A stretch of 20,000 nucleotides of DNA from an uncultured virus (IMG/VR IMGVR_UViG_2061766007_000786) (IMGVR_UViG_2061766007_000786), one strand, 5' to 3'. Shown: positions 1-9,459, counted from the stretch's first letter. Translations and numbers: made by a program. The notes: a model not told the origin generated them from the letters alone.

Positions 1-464
1 GATAATATCGTTACAAGCGATGCTGGTGACGATGTTGCCGATATGGCTGACATGACCGAACTGGTCAATGCACTAAATGACGATAAGTTTAACCATGCGG
101 TTTTCAATGATGCAAAGTATAACGACGCAGTTATCAGTTATGTCGACAAGAACGGCAAAACAATATTATTAAATATTCGNNNNNNNNNNTTGGTGACGAT
201 GTTGCCGATATGGCTGACATGACCGAACTGGTCAAGGCGTTAAATGGCGATAAGTTTAACCATGCGGTTTTCAATGACGCTAAGTATAACGACGCCGTTA
301 TCAGTTATGTCGACAAGAACGGCAAAACAATATTATTAAATATTCGCGGCTGGGGATATCTTACAGGATATCTGAAATTAAGTGATGACACTGCCGTAGT
401 CGTTCAGGACGCTCTTGGCGAATATATTGTTTCCTGCATGAAGAAGGTAAATGACAATGTTTGA
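1..464 (+). CDS. Phage hypothetical protein, 5'-truncated, containing an artefactual duplication across the N-gap at 180-189
   Basis: Frame is open from base 1 (DNIVTSDAGDDVADMADM...). Bases 24-179 recur at 191-346 with a few substitutions. C-terminal IRGWGYLTG...QDALGEYIV; stop at 462-464. Confidence 0.7.
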
Positions 465-1447
465 TTTTTTAAAAAAATCTTTTCCTACGTTAAAAAAAGA
501 ATCACCGTATTATGTTCAGGCGCTGGCTGGATTTATCGTAAAGCCGCATGATGAACATGAGCCTCTCGCCGGGCAAGACGTATTTCTCGGCGAATTTTTC
601 ATNNNNNNNNNNCGAACATGAGCCTCTCGCCGGGCAAGACGTATTTCTCGGCGAATTTTTCATCGGTCAAATCAATCGAATGCCGTCGAGCTACGATCCA
701 GTCGAATCCAGTTATTATAGGGGTTTTTATCTTAACCCGTGTAACAATACGAAAAAGGCGGCTGTCGACGAACTTTATGCGAGAGTCCAAAAATCCGTAG
801 AAGACGAAACCAACTCACTATACGGATCGTCAGCACTGTGCATGGTCGATTCCGACATTGTTAACGAAATCTCGGAAAGCATGAAACAAATCAATGTTGT
901 TACTGAGAAAGTTGAAAAAATTACGCAAATTAAGGTAGACAAGAATGAAGTCGCTATGCAGTTCTTCAATGAATTGACCGATCTTATCTTTATTAATTTC
1001 CATCAACTTTTTGTAGAAATGCGTGAAAAAGATATTTTTTCAAGCGTCTATTTATATTACCATGATCGTCAGCGTAATACAATAGAAATCCGAACTGAAA
1101 AAGAAGGCTATCCGACAGAAAAGTATGTTACGCGTATCTATTTTTCCGATATAGCGTCTCGTACAATGTATGCGACCAACAGGAAGTGGCCAGATAGAGA
1201 AATCGGCAAATGTGCTTTTTCCGATGGATATGAAATGTACCCGGTCATTGAAGATATACGATCGCATTATCAGAATATTAGCAATAAGAAGTTGTCAGAT
1301 GACGAGCTAAAGAAAGCTATTATCAATGATATTGCAAAGCATACCGTTAAGAATATTAAAAACAGGGTAGATTCTTGCAACTGGGGAATTTTAGCTTCAG
1401 AGCGACAGTATAATATCCCGAAGGATGAGCATGGTCAAGAAAACTAA
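457..1447 (+). CDS. Hypothetical protein, about 309 aa after removing the 61-nt gap duplication
   Basis: ATG 457 after AAGGT reads MFDFLKKSFPTLKKESPYYVQALAGFIVKPHDEHEPLAGQDVFLGEFF and joins the downstream EHEPLAGQDVFLGEFFIGQ... frame once 553-602/614-663 is collapsed. Confidence 0.75.
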
Positions 1448-2087
1448 TATTGACGAAGATAATTATTTTTATATAAATGTTGACGAGCTTAAAACTGAGC
1501 CAGATCCGATTATACTCAGAAAACAGCAAAAAGAACAAATTAATAGCGCCGAACCGAAATCGTTAAAGCAGGTGCATAGGTCAATGCGCGACGATTTTTA
1601 TTATAATATGGAAGAATGCCATCGTGCAGGTCACCCGCTTCCGGGTTTTGCCGGAGATTATTTCTCGTGGCTGGAAGACTACATCGAAGAACTTGAACGC
1701 CAGGTTGAAGAATTACAAAAAAATCCCGCACCCAAGAAAAAGAAAATCATATACCGAGTAGAAGAACTGCTCGAGCATGACCTTAATACGGAGCACCGCG
1801 TCGTATATACCGGTACCGATGTCAAGGAAGCACGAAAGAGATGGATGGAATATTTCCAGTTCTTTGATGAAACTGGCGATGAATATTATGTATTCCCGCC
1901 GGAGCATTCGGATAAGAAATATACTGGCCTCGAGTTGAAGCAAAAATTCCTGGACTATTTCAACGAACATATCAATAACAATAAGTCGATTGACTTCTGT
2001 TGCGACTGCTCTGAATTTGCGGCCGATTACGGTCAAGATGTCGGCGACGGAATGTGCGGTTGCAAGGTCGAAATTATTGTAGCATGA
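1431..2087 (+). CDS. Hypothetical protein
   Basis: Long ORF with AAGGA at 1421-1425 before ATG 1431 (alternative start 1425). Coiled-coil segment and Cys-rich C-terminus. Stop overlaps the gmk start (ATGA). Confidence 0.7.
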   Translation: MVKKTNIDEDNYFYINVDELKTEPDPIILRKQQKEQINSAEPKSLKQVHRSMRDDFYYNMEECHRAGHPLPGFAGDYFSWLEDYIEELERQVEELQKNPAPKKKKIIYRVEELLEHDLNTEHRVVYTGTDVKEARKRWMEYFQFFDETGDEYYVFPPEHSDKKYTGLELKQKFLDYFNEHINNNKSIDFCCDCSEFAADYGQDVGDGMCGCKVEIIVA

Positions 2088-2644
2088 AGAATAAGCTTTT
2101 TGTATTAAGCGCAGCAAGCGGTGCCGGAAAGACTACACTTAAGGATATAGTACTTAAGGATTTTCCTGATATCAAGTTTTCAGTGTCAGCCACGTCAAGA
2201 CCGCCAAGAGAAGGCGAAATAGAAGGCATTCATTATTTTTTCAAAACGAAAGAAGAATTCGAAAAACTAATCAGGGAAGACAAGCTTATCGAATGGAATA
2301 TCGTGCACGGTAATTATTACGGAACGCCCAAAAGTTTCGTAGAAAATACGTTGGCGCAGGGCAATAGGGTAATCTTTGTTCTGGATGTTTTCGGCAAGGT
2401 TAATTTCGACAAGGTATATCCTGAATCTACTGGTATATTCATTATGCCGCCGGATGAAGAAACTCTTGAAAAGCGACTTAGGAACCGCGGAACCGAAAGC
2501 GAGGAAATAATCCAGGTCAGACTGGCAAATGCCAAAAAAGAAATCGAGTTCGCAAAAAACTACGGAAAATACGAATACACGATTATCAACGACGACCTTG
2601 ACCGTGCGGCGAATGAACTAAGGAATATTCTCAAAAAAGATTGA
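2084..2644 (+). CDS. gmk: Guanylate kinase
   Basis: P-loop SAASGAGKTT, SATSRPPREGE, G.HYFF, HGNYYGT, LEKRLRNRGTE, IINDDL. Start set at ATG 2084 (ATGA overlap). Confidence 0.95.
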   Translation: MKNKLFVLSAASGAGKTTLKDIVLKDFPDIKFSVSATSRPPREGEIEGIHYFFKTKEEFEKLIREDKLIEWNIVHGNYYGTPKSFVENTLAQGNRVIFVLDVFGKVNFDKVYPESTGIFIMPPDEETLEKRLRNRGTESEEIIQVRLANAKKEIEFAKNYGKYEYTIINDDLDRAANELRNILKKD

Positions 2645-2669
2645 CAAATAATATAGTTTTTACTATATT
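2641..2669 (+). promoter_or_regulatory. Sigma70-like early promoter
   Basis: TTGACA (2641-2646), 17 nt, TATATT (2664-2669). Inverted repeat AATATAGT/ACTATATT spans the -10. Confidence 0.8.
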
Positions 2670-2712
2670 TAGATTATAACGATTGAATTGTTAACCATGA
2701 TAAGGAGAAATA

Positions 2713-3054
2713 ATGTTCAACGCTGAAGAATTTTGCGAAAAGAACTGCCCGGATATTAAGCATGTCTATGTCTTTGACCCAGTAGACGGAGTAAGCACAA
2801 AAGAATCGAAAAAGTATACCATCGTTAATACTAACCGGCTTAATGACGTATATCTTATTATGCATGGCATGTTGACCATGTTTAAAAAAGAAGTATTGGC
2901 TAACTTATGTATTATCTTCTATAAGTTCGATACTATGTGTGTTGGCGACCCCGCTAAGGAACATACGCGTGATGAATTAGTGACCTATATAAAGACTACA
3001 ATGTCAGACGACCTTAAGAAAGACGGCGTTCAATTTTTTTACGTAAACGAATGA
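2713..3054 (+). CDS. Hypothetical protein
   Basis: 113-aa ORF with a strong AAGGAG RBS, downstream of a promoter. Confidence 0.75.
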   Translation: MFNAEEFCEKNCPDIKHVYVFDPVDGVSTKESKKYTIVNTNRLNDVYLIMHGMLTMFKKEVLANLCIIFYKFDTMCVGDPAKEHTRDELVTYIKTTMSDDLKKDGVQFFYVNE

Positions 3055-3770
3055 ATTATCTGCAACTTAATGACAAGGGCAAGCTCGGCAGCGATGAACT
3101 CAAGATAGCGTCTTATCTGGGTGAAGGCAATTATAAGGGCTTCTATAAGAAGCACCTGTTACAGAACAAGATTAAACTGACAAAGGACGATTTCATCGCT
3201 GGTGAAATCCCGGTCATGTTTAACGCCATGAAAAAACTCGGCATTGAATATAGCCATGATGATTATCCGAAGTCGTTAGAGAAGTATCTTCATCGCAGAA
3301 CCTGGGAAACAAAACTAGGCTATATGAAAGACAAGGTATTCAACGACTATCTTGTAGATCCAGTATTCATCAAGCCTAAGGATAAGCTGAAAAAATTTAC
3401 CGGGTTTGTTCTGTCTTCAAGAGATGATTGGCTTTTGACCCAGGGCGCAAGTGACGGAACGAATATTCTTTGCTCTGAACCGGTTAAATTCGTCTCGGAG
3501 TATCGTATTCCGGTCATAAACGGCGTTGTAAGGGACTATTGTCACTACTTTAGTAATTCTATAATGGTAGACAAAAACGAGGTCCAGAAGATGGTTATGG
3601 ACTATACGGATGCGCCCAGTGCGTATTGCCTGGATGTCGGAGTATTGGACACGGGTGAAACTGCCTTAATCGAAATCAATGACGCATTTAGCTGCGGTAG
3701 TTACACTATGAGCGATGAAGTATATTCCGAACTTCTTATTACAAGATGGAATGAGTTAAAAAATGTTTAA
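3051..3770 (+). CDS. ATP-grasp domain protein (DUF4343/R2K-like)
   Basis: Motifs PVFIKP, KKFTG, SEYR, YCLDVG, LIEINDAFSCGSY are typical of this ATP-grasp clade. Confidence 0.85.
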   Translation: MNYLQLNDKGKLGSDELKIASYLGEGNYKGFYKKHLLQNKIKLTKDDFIAGEIPVMFNAMKKLGIEYSHDDYPKSLEKYLHRRTWETKLGYMKDKVFNDYLVDPVFIKPKDKLKKFTGFVLSSRDDWLLTQGASDGTNILCSEPVKFVSEYRIPVINGVVRDYCHYFSNSIMVDKNEVQKMVMDYTDAPSAYCLDVGVLDTGETALIEINDAFSCGSYTMSDEVYSELLITRWNELKNV

Positions 3771-3781
3771 AAGGAAAAATT

Positions 3782-4534
3782 ATGTTTAATTGGTTTAAGA
3801 AAACAGTAGTAAAAAATGATTGGGATGATAAAAAAATTAAGGTTAATGGCGGTTATGAACCGTTTAATGCGCATTTTTTTGTAAATGTATCGCATAATAT
3901 TTGCATTATTCCAAATTCCACTATTTTAGATCATTCAATTTTTAAAGACATTAAATATAATAAAGTTACTATTGGCAAAAAAACTAATTTTAGCGAAAAC
4001 AAATATACTGTTAAAGAAGCGCTTGGTCTGTCAACAGAACTAGATGAATTATATTTACATAGTATATCTGCATATACAAATGAAGTAATTAGAAAAGCTA
4101 ATGATATTGCAGAGTCGTTAGAAAATCTTAAGCGTAAATATGGAACGCATGAAATTCTATTTAATAATGACTTTGTAAAAAAATCAATAGCTATTAATTC
4201 TTTTTCTAATATTAAAATTAAAATTCAGCCGTATAATATTGATAATTATATCAACCTATTAAAAGAAAACGGATATACTAAATATATTGATGACTATAGA
4301 ACGTATATTATTGATTGTATGGCTACTGAATTAATTGACCGTTGTAATGGCGTTAAAGTTTTAAATAAGCCAGAATATAATCATCCTTCTGTACAGATTG
4401 CGTTGTATACTGATTGGATAGCTGGTAAAGAAGCAGAAATAGAAAGAAATAAAAAGAATACAGAATATAAGGCTATCATTGATGAAATTATTATTGCAAG
4501 AAATAAATTAAGCGAAAAGAAATCTAAAGACTAA
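3782..4534 (+). CDS. Hypothetical protein
   Basis: 250-aa ORF, AAGGA RBS, visibly AT-rich codons, MFNWFKK N-terminus. Confidence 0.75.
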   Translation: MFNWFKKTVVKNDWDDKKIKVNGGYEPFNAHFFVNVSHNICIIPNSTILDHSIFKDIKYNKVTIGKKTNFSENKYTVKEALGLSTELDELYLHSISAYTNEVIRKANDIAESLENLKRKYGTHEILFNNDFVKKSIAINSFSNIKIKIQPYNIDNYINLLKENGYTKYIDDYRTYIIDCMATELIDRCNGVKVLNKPEYNHPSVQIALYTDWIAGKEAEIERNKKNTEYKAIIDEIIIARNKLSEKKSKD

Positions 4535-4566
4535 TTTCATATTATCAACATGCCAAGGATTAGCTA

Positions 4567-5115
4567 ATGAAAAATTATAATCTATTTAAAGATTTTAAAA
4601 TTGAACCGCCAGTTACTACTGATACTGGCATTCAATTAAAACGTGGATTTTCTTTTACATACTATCTATATGGCGTGTATAAGATAATGGAAAATATCGA
4701 TAGGTTTAATGGTTTAAATAACATTATTTCATTACGTGAAATGGTTGCAGCATATGACGGCTGGACTGGCGATCGACTACCGCATACATATCTGGATCGC
4801 TGCAATTTCATTTTGAATTTCAATTCTACTGCGGAACGTGATGCTGCAATTCCTGTATTGAAGAAACTGTGTAGAGAATTAAGAATACGTATTAGAACAG
4901 AACCATTTTTTACTGGAATAGATTTTGAGGATTTTTCACATATGGATATCTTCCCATGCAGTGCATATAAGGAAACCAATGAATATAGGAAAAGATATAA
5001 ATTTATGACAGCAGATGAAGTTATGCGTATGGAATTCTTTAAAGAAATTCGTAAAGAACGAGAAGAAGAAAAGAAACAAATGGAAGAATATTTAAAATCC
5101 AAAAATGCAGGTTAA
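4567..5115 (+). CDS. Hypothetical protein
   Basis: 182-aa ORF with AAGGA RBS and a charged C-terminal helix. Confidence 0.75.
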   Translation: MKNYNLFKDFKIEPPVTTDTGIQLKRGFSFTYYLYGVYKIMENIDRFNGLNNIISLREMVAAYDGWTGDRLPHTYLDRCNFILNFNSTAERDAAIPVLKKLCRELRIRIRTEPFFTGIDFEDFSHMDIFPCSAYKETNEYRKRYKFMTADEVMRMEFFKEIRKEREEEKKQMEEYLKSKNAG

Positions 5116-5126
5116 TTAGGAGTTAT

Positions 5127-5330
5127 ATGGAAACATTTATAAAAATTATTCTGGTTATCTTTCTACTTATTGTTATGCCGTTTCTTTATTTTCATAACGG
5201 TTACGAAAAAGCACTTGAAAGCAATAAGTGTCATGAAGTGAAACACGATACCGTGTATGTCGTTCGACCTGATACAGTTATAAAGCACGACACGCTTTAT
5301 ATCTTGAAGCTTGAAAATGCTAGCAAATAA
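5127..5330 (+). CDS. Small single-TM membrane protein
   Basis: AGGAG RBS, N-terminal hydrophobic helix, repeated KHDTVY/PDTVI/KHDTLY. Confidence 0.7.
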   Translation: METFIKIILVIFLLIVMPFLYFHNGYEKALESNKCHEVKHDTVYVVRPDTVIKHDTLYILKLENASK

Positions 5331-5336
5331 AGATTA

Positions 5337-5369
5337 GGGGTTGACATATCGTCAACCTTTTTCTATATT
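5337..5369 (+). promoter_or_regulatory. Fused terminator hairpin and early promoter
   Basis: GGTTGAC-atatc-GTCAACC-TTTTT hairpin containing TTGACA (5341-5346), 17 nt, TATATT (5364-5369). Confidence 0.85.
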
Positions 5370-5393
5370 AATGATAAAAATAAAGGATAAATA

Positions 5394-5789
5394 ATGACCG
5401 TATTAATGTTTTTTGGCATATTAGTATGTTTAATTCTTGGAACTCTTATTGCATTTGGTACGTTTATGGATAATCATGATTATGATTGTGCATTTATGAT
5501 ATTACTCACCGGTATCATAGTTATAGTCGTATTTTGCAAGTTAACTCCGTCGATATATAAAATGGAAGAAAATACGTACCGAAATAGACTTGACAATAGA
5601 CCCAGTTGCATGAATTCGAAACCTGAAGATATTCAATGCCTGGAAGACTATAAGGAATGGCTAAAAGATTCTGCACATGCTGTAATAAAACTTAAAAGTC
5701 TTGATTCGCTTAGAAATGTCGTAAAAGGCGATATCAATAAAATACTGAACCAGCCAGCAGACACGACAAAGGAGAAAATTAATGAGTAG
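5394..5789 (+). CDS. Two-TM membrane protein
   Basis: Two N-terminal hydrophobic helices, soluble tail with a Cys pair, AAGGA RBS. Confidence 0.75.
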   Translation: MTVLMFFGILVCLILGTLIAFGTFMDNHDYDCAFMILLTGIIVIVVFCKLTPSIYKMEENTYRNRLDNRPSCMNSKPEDIQCLEDYKEWLKDSAHAVIKLKSLDSLRNVVKGDINKILNQPADTTKEKINE

Positions 5790-6420
5790 CGCACTGCATA
5801 ATATGTATGACACCTTGCTTAACGATACTATCGAAGCGGCAAAAAACGAAACGAACAAAGTTTATAAGCTTTATGACAGGCTTCTGGCTAAAGTCGATAC
5901 GAATGATAATTTTACCATGAAAGCAATACAGCATGGCAAGCATAGTATTACAAGTCTTTTTACTTTAAATGGCTTTACAAATTATTGCATGGCAGCCAAT
6001 TTTCAGATTGACGAAAAGAAAATCAGTATCAAGATTATTGTAGACGAAACCGGCCTTGGCTTTAAGGAAATTGACCCGATTGCCGCGGAAGATAAGTCGG
6101 TTATTAAATATTATTGGCTCCATAAATCGGACTGCGACCAATCATGTGAAAAAATTGACGAAGAACTAGACGGCATTTTTGACAGTATCAAGGAAAATAT
6201 CGAAGATCATCATAAACACATGACAAGAATAACGGTAGACCATGTTCTTACCGGGGATGAATTCGCTGTAAAAATTCAGAAACTGTTTCATCCGGATGAC
6301 GGCGGCTACCTGTTTGTAGACCCGATTAGCTGGGAACAAGCTAACTACTGGTTCTATGACAAGATTAAGAAAAACGTAGAAGCACATCCGTTAATCTGGA
6401 AATGGTTTTTTAAAATTTAA
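5782..6420 (+). CDS. Hypothetical protein
   Basis: 212-aa ORF with AAGGAG RBS, overlapping the upstream stop. Confidence 0.75.
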   Translation: MSSALHNMYDTLLNDTIEAAKNETNKVYKLYDRLLAKVDTNDNFTMKAIQHGKHSITSLFTLNGFTNYCMAANFQIDEKKISIKIIVDETGLGFKEIDPIAAEDKSVIKYYWLHKSDCDQSCEKIDEELDGIFDSIKENIEDHHKHMTRITVDHVLTGDEFAVKIQKLFHPDDGGYLFVDPISWEQANYWFYDKIKKNVEAHPLIWKWFFKI

Positions 6421-6434
6421 TAAAAAGGAGAAAT

Positions 6435-7142
6435 ATGTCATTATTTACATGGCTACATGATAAAAAATTCGAAAAGATCCAGGAAAAATTTAACTCGTTA
6501 CGCCTTGACGACGGTCTTGCTGTTTCCGATTACTTTAAACTCGAACTTATTCATGACGAAGATACGCATACATGCGATAGGATAATTGTCCAGTGGGTTG
6601 ATAAGCTTATCCGCGGGGAAGATATCTCGATGAATATGGAAAAGTATATAGTCAATCAACGAATTAACTGGCATTTTTTGACTCATTTTTCAGTCAACGG
6701 TATGATCAAATCGATTTATAACGATGTTAAAGCTGAATATGCAAAGTTCAGCAAAATTCGTGATATAGTTAATAAATATTATTACCTGAAGCAGTTTAAA
6801 ATACAAATCCATAATTGTACGAGCGAAAATGACGACTACAAATACGTTAGCACTGAGGTATGTTTAACGCCGTATCAGTTGCAAGATTATTTAAACTGCG
6901 TAAATGAATACCATGAGCGTTCAGATGACAAAGAAGCTATAAAGCTATATAATGACTACGTATATCGTGAATTCGCCGCCAGTTCTCATATTACCGCGGA
7001 CAAGCCTGTTAAGAATTGTAAGATTTTTGATACTTGGTATAAAAATGTATATCTACCGAAGCAGCAAGCTGACCTAAGGGCACAAGAATGTGCGGAGACA
7101 ATTGAACGTATCAAGACATACAGGGAGACGCATAATGATTAG
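6435..7142 (+). CDS. Hypothetical protein
   Basis: 235-aa ORF with AAGGAG RBS. Confidence 0.75.
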   Translation: MSLFTWLHDKKFEKIQEKFNSLRLDDGLAVSDYFKLELIHDEDTHTCDRIIVQWVDKLIRGEDISMNMEKYIVNQRINWHFLTHFSVNGMIKSIYNDVKAEYAKFSKIRDIVNKYYYLKQFKIQIHNCTSENDDYKYVSTEVCLTPYQLQDYLNCVNEYHERSDDKEAIKLYNDYVYREFAASSHITADKPVKNCKIFDTWYKNVYLPKQQADLRAQECAETIERIKTYRETHND

Positions 7143-7449
7143 CGCTGAGGAATTAAGACTTGGACAAAAAAATGCCGCTGAAGAGTGGTCAAAGCAGGCA
7201 ATGGACCATTGCGAAATCATCGGCAAGGATCTTGAAAAGCATATAAAGAATATCAATTCTCATAAGTCATTTGATTATATCATCTGTCGCGGAAAGATTA
7301 AGCGCAAGGATGAACACGGAAACCTTACTGATTTCTTTGACCTCGATATGGCCATATATGTAACGAATATCCTTAAGCAAAACGGTTATACCGTCAATTG
7401 CGTATATGAAAAGACAAACTATAACGGTAAATATACGATTTGCTGGTAA
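7135..7449 (+). CDS. Hypothetical protein
   Basis: GGGAG RBS at 7123-7127 favours ATG 7135 (MISAEEL...). Ends ...YTICW just before a terminator. Confidence 0.7.
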   Translation: MISAEELRLGQKNAAEEWSKQAMDHCEIIGKDLEKHIKNINSHKSFDYIICRGKIKRKDEHGNLTDFFDLDMAIYVTNILKQNGYTVNCVYEKTNYNGKYTICW

Positions 7450-7453
7450 TTAA

Positions 7454-7480
7454 AATAGGATAGTCAATTACTATCCTATT
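7454..7480. terminator. Bidirectional intrinsic terminator between convergent genes
   Basis: 11-bp perfect stem AATAGGATAGT/ACTATCCTATT with a 5-nt loop, between stops at 7449 (+) and 7486 (-). Confidence 0.75.
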
Positions 7481-7485
7481 ATTAA

Positions 7486-8055
7486 CTATTTTAATGAATC
7501 AAATATCGGTCTGTTATTTTTTTCATACATCAGTATGACTTTAGTCTTTGGCGTTCCGCAGATTACCGGAATGTAACATATTGTAAACTGCTTGTATTGT
7601 TCATCGGTCATTGAATCTATGCCAATGTAAAAAACTAAGTCATATGGCCCGCAGAAAATACAATTATCGAGCATCATATCACTCGCTATACATGTGCCGT
7701 TACTAAGAACAATATAGTTTTTGCCTTCTGCGGTAATCGATATGAAATTGTCTTTCATTTCATTGAGGCGCTTTACGATATAATGAACATATGAACTGAT
7801 ACTGGTAAACATTGTTTCTGTACCTTGTTTCGTCGGCATACCGACTATGACATGTTTGTTTTCATTGGTTATCGCATACCATACGGCATACAACTTGCCA
7901 TTATCGTAATCCATATAGTTATCTGTAATCTGGACACAAGTATGTTTTTTATTCTTGTAACTATCAAGATGTTCTTTTTCTTTTTCTGAAAGTATCATGC
8001 CAAAGAATTCGGCAATCATATTTTCAGGATCGTTCAATACATCTGCTATTGTCAT
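7486..8055 (-). CDS. Hypothetical protein, the only phage gene on the - strand; possibly late-expressed
   Basis: AGGAG RBS (8061-8065, - strand) favours ATG 8055 (MTIADVL...). TATAAATA lies upstream on the - strand. Confidence 0.75.
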   Translation of the reverse strand: MTIADVLNDPENMIAEFFGMILSEKEKEHLDSYKNKKHTCVQITDNYMDYDNGKLYAVWYAITNENKHVIVGMPTKQGTETMFTSISSYVHYIVKRLNEMKDNFISITAEGKNYIVLSNGTCIASDMMLDNCIFCGPYDLVFYIGIDSMTDEQYKQFTICYIPVICGTPKTKVILMYEKNNRPIFDSLK

Positions 8056-8073
8056 ATTCACTCCTATTATACA

Positions 8074-8106
8074 TTGACAAAGTTAAATATTTTTACTATA
8101 TTTATA
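8074..8106. promoter_or_regulatory. Early promoter (+) overlapping a T4-late-like TATAAATA (-)
   Basis: TTGACA 8074-8079, 17 nt, TATATT 8097-8102 on +. TATAAATA at 8106-8099 on -. Confidence 0.75.
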
Positions 8107-8109
8107 TTA

Positions 8110-8724
8110 ATGAACAGAGAACATATAAATACAATCATACAGTCGTTCAAGGATTATATTCCGTGCACTGATGGAAATATAACTTGTTTTCATGCGCCAT
8201 ATGACTGCAGAGTAAACTTTTGCAGTAAAGAAAATTTAGTAAAGGCATACACTAATTTTTTCAACATTTTTCCTTCACCGTTAAATGCATCATATTATTC
8301 TCTTCAAACCAACGGTTTTATAATTAAAAACGTTATCGAACCAGGAAATGAAACGCTTAAGAAAGACGATTTAATCTGTATCACTTACGAGCCGTTCGAC
8401 AGGAAAATTAAAAGAGATATTGACGACTACTTTAAGCTGGGCACTCAAATACATGACTACGAAGTTGATATTGAACAGGTAGAAACCGAATTTGATTCAG
8501 AATCGATGGGTAGTTATCATACTAGCAAGTTTTATTATGCACTTAGAACAATGTTCGAAGATTTGTATAAAAATGAAGAAGAGGAACGTCAAAAGAAGTT
8601 GACGGCACAGATAGACAAAATAAATGAAAAAATCAAAAATACAGAACGTTTAAGAGCCACGATACTAGAACACTTGAGAAAATATCGCAATAATAAAATT
8701 ATAGAATTAAAGGAATATTTATGA
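8110..8724 (+). CDS. Hypothetical protein, probably leaderless
   Basis: The track's TTG start at 8074 is the -35 box. In-frame ATG 8110 lies 7 nt after the -10. C-terminal coiled coil. Confidence 0.75.
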   Translation: MNREHINTIIQSFKDYIPCTDGNITCFHAPYDCRVNFCSKENLVKAYTNFFNIFPSPLNASYYSLQTNGFIIKNVIEPGNETLKKDDLICITYEPFDRKIKRDIDDYFKLGTQIHDYEVDIEQVETEFDSESMGSYHTSKFYYALRTMFEDLYKNEEEERQKKLTAQIDKINEKIKNTERLRATILEHLRKYRNNKIIELKEYL

Positions 8725-8999
8725 TCGACCCAAGTGTATGGCTAGGCATTAAAATTTTCTTTTGTGTCGTATCTCCTGCATTTTTCATAATGTCATTTTT
8801 TATCGTATTGAATTTAATAGATGAAGGGGTTTTTTCTAATATAGCGGATTGGCTAGAAGACACAGTTGACCGAATTTTTGATTTTTTTATGAATTTAGCC
8901 AGCCGCAAGAAAAAATTAAAAATAAAAAAACGATCTAAAGTTCGGTCATTAACAGAGGAATTTTTAAATTATGAAAAATATCAGAGAAGATGTATTTGA
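8721..8999 (+). CDS. Small membrane protein
   Basis: AAGGA RBS, hydrophobic N-terminal helix, basic tail; overlaps both neighbours. Confidence 0.65.
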   Translation: MIDPSVWLGIKIFFCVVSPAFFIMSFFIVLNLIDEGVFSNIADWLEDTVDRIFDFFMNLASRKKKLKIKKRSKVRSLTEEFLNYEKYQRRCI

Positions 9000-9438
9000 G
9001 ACGAATTCGTCTTCAGTTCATTCATTGGTAATTGTTTCCAAGGACGAATTTGATGCGCTTAAGAACTGCGAGTTACTTCTTGATTATGAAACGCTTATTC
9101 CAGTGGAAAAGGCGTATCAGGAAACTATGGAAGAACTTGCAAAATTTGAAGACAGCATGAGTGAAGCATACAAGGCATCCTACAAGACTACTCTCACTCT
9201 TGAAGCCTTCAAGGAACAACTCAAGAAATTCGATTGTTATGATTTGACTTACGGACAAAGAGAAGACGCAGCATCTGAAACAATCGAGAACAATCGACAA
9301 GCAATTGTTGCCGCATTGCCTAACGATTATAATACATATGAATCATTTGGCGGCGACATGTACGAAACATTCTGGGAGTCCTATACTACCAAGTCCGGCG
9401 ATGAAATTGTCGCATTTGGTTATTATGGACATGACTAA
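8971..9438 (+). CDS. Uncharacterised 'FETNSSS' family protein (paralog 1)
   Basis: N-terminus MKNIREDVFETNSSSVHSLVI, C-terminus KSGDEIVAFGYYGHD, GAGGA RBS. Confidence 0.8.
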   Translation: MKNIREDVFETNSSSVHSLVIVSKDEFDALKNCELLLDYETLIPVEKAYQETMEELAKFEDSMSEAYKASYKTTLTLEAFKEQLKKFDCYDLTYGQREDAASETIENNRQAIVAALPNDYNTYESFGGDMYETFWESYTTKSGDEIVAFGYYGHD

Positions 9439-9459
9439 TAAACTGGAGTAAATCTAATA

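Noticed and set aside
24..663. Near-identical repeats as genuine tandem repeats or a DGR template/variable pair
   Set aside because: Both pairs straddle 10-N scaffold gaps, the differences are not confined to adenines, no reverse transcriptase is present, and collapsing them restores single ORFs.
548..800. ORF-track starts at 548 and 618 (MSLSPGKTYF...)
   Set aside because: These are wrong-frame products of the gap duplication; the real frame starts at 457.
8124..8131. TATAAATA at 8124 as a late promoter
   Set aside because: It lies inside the 8110 CDS and is plausibly a chance match in AT-rich DNA.
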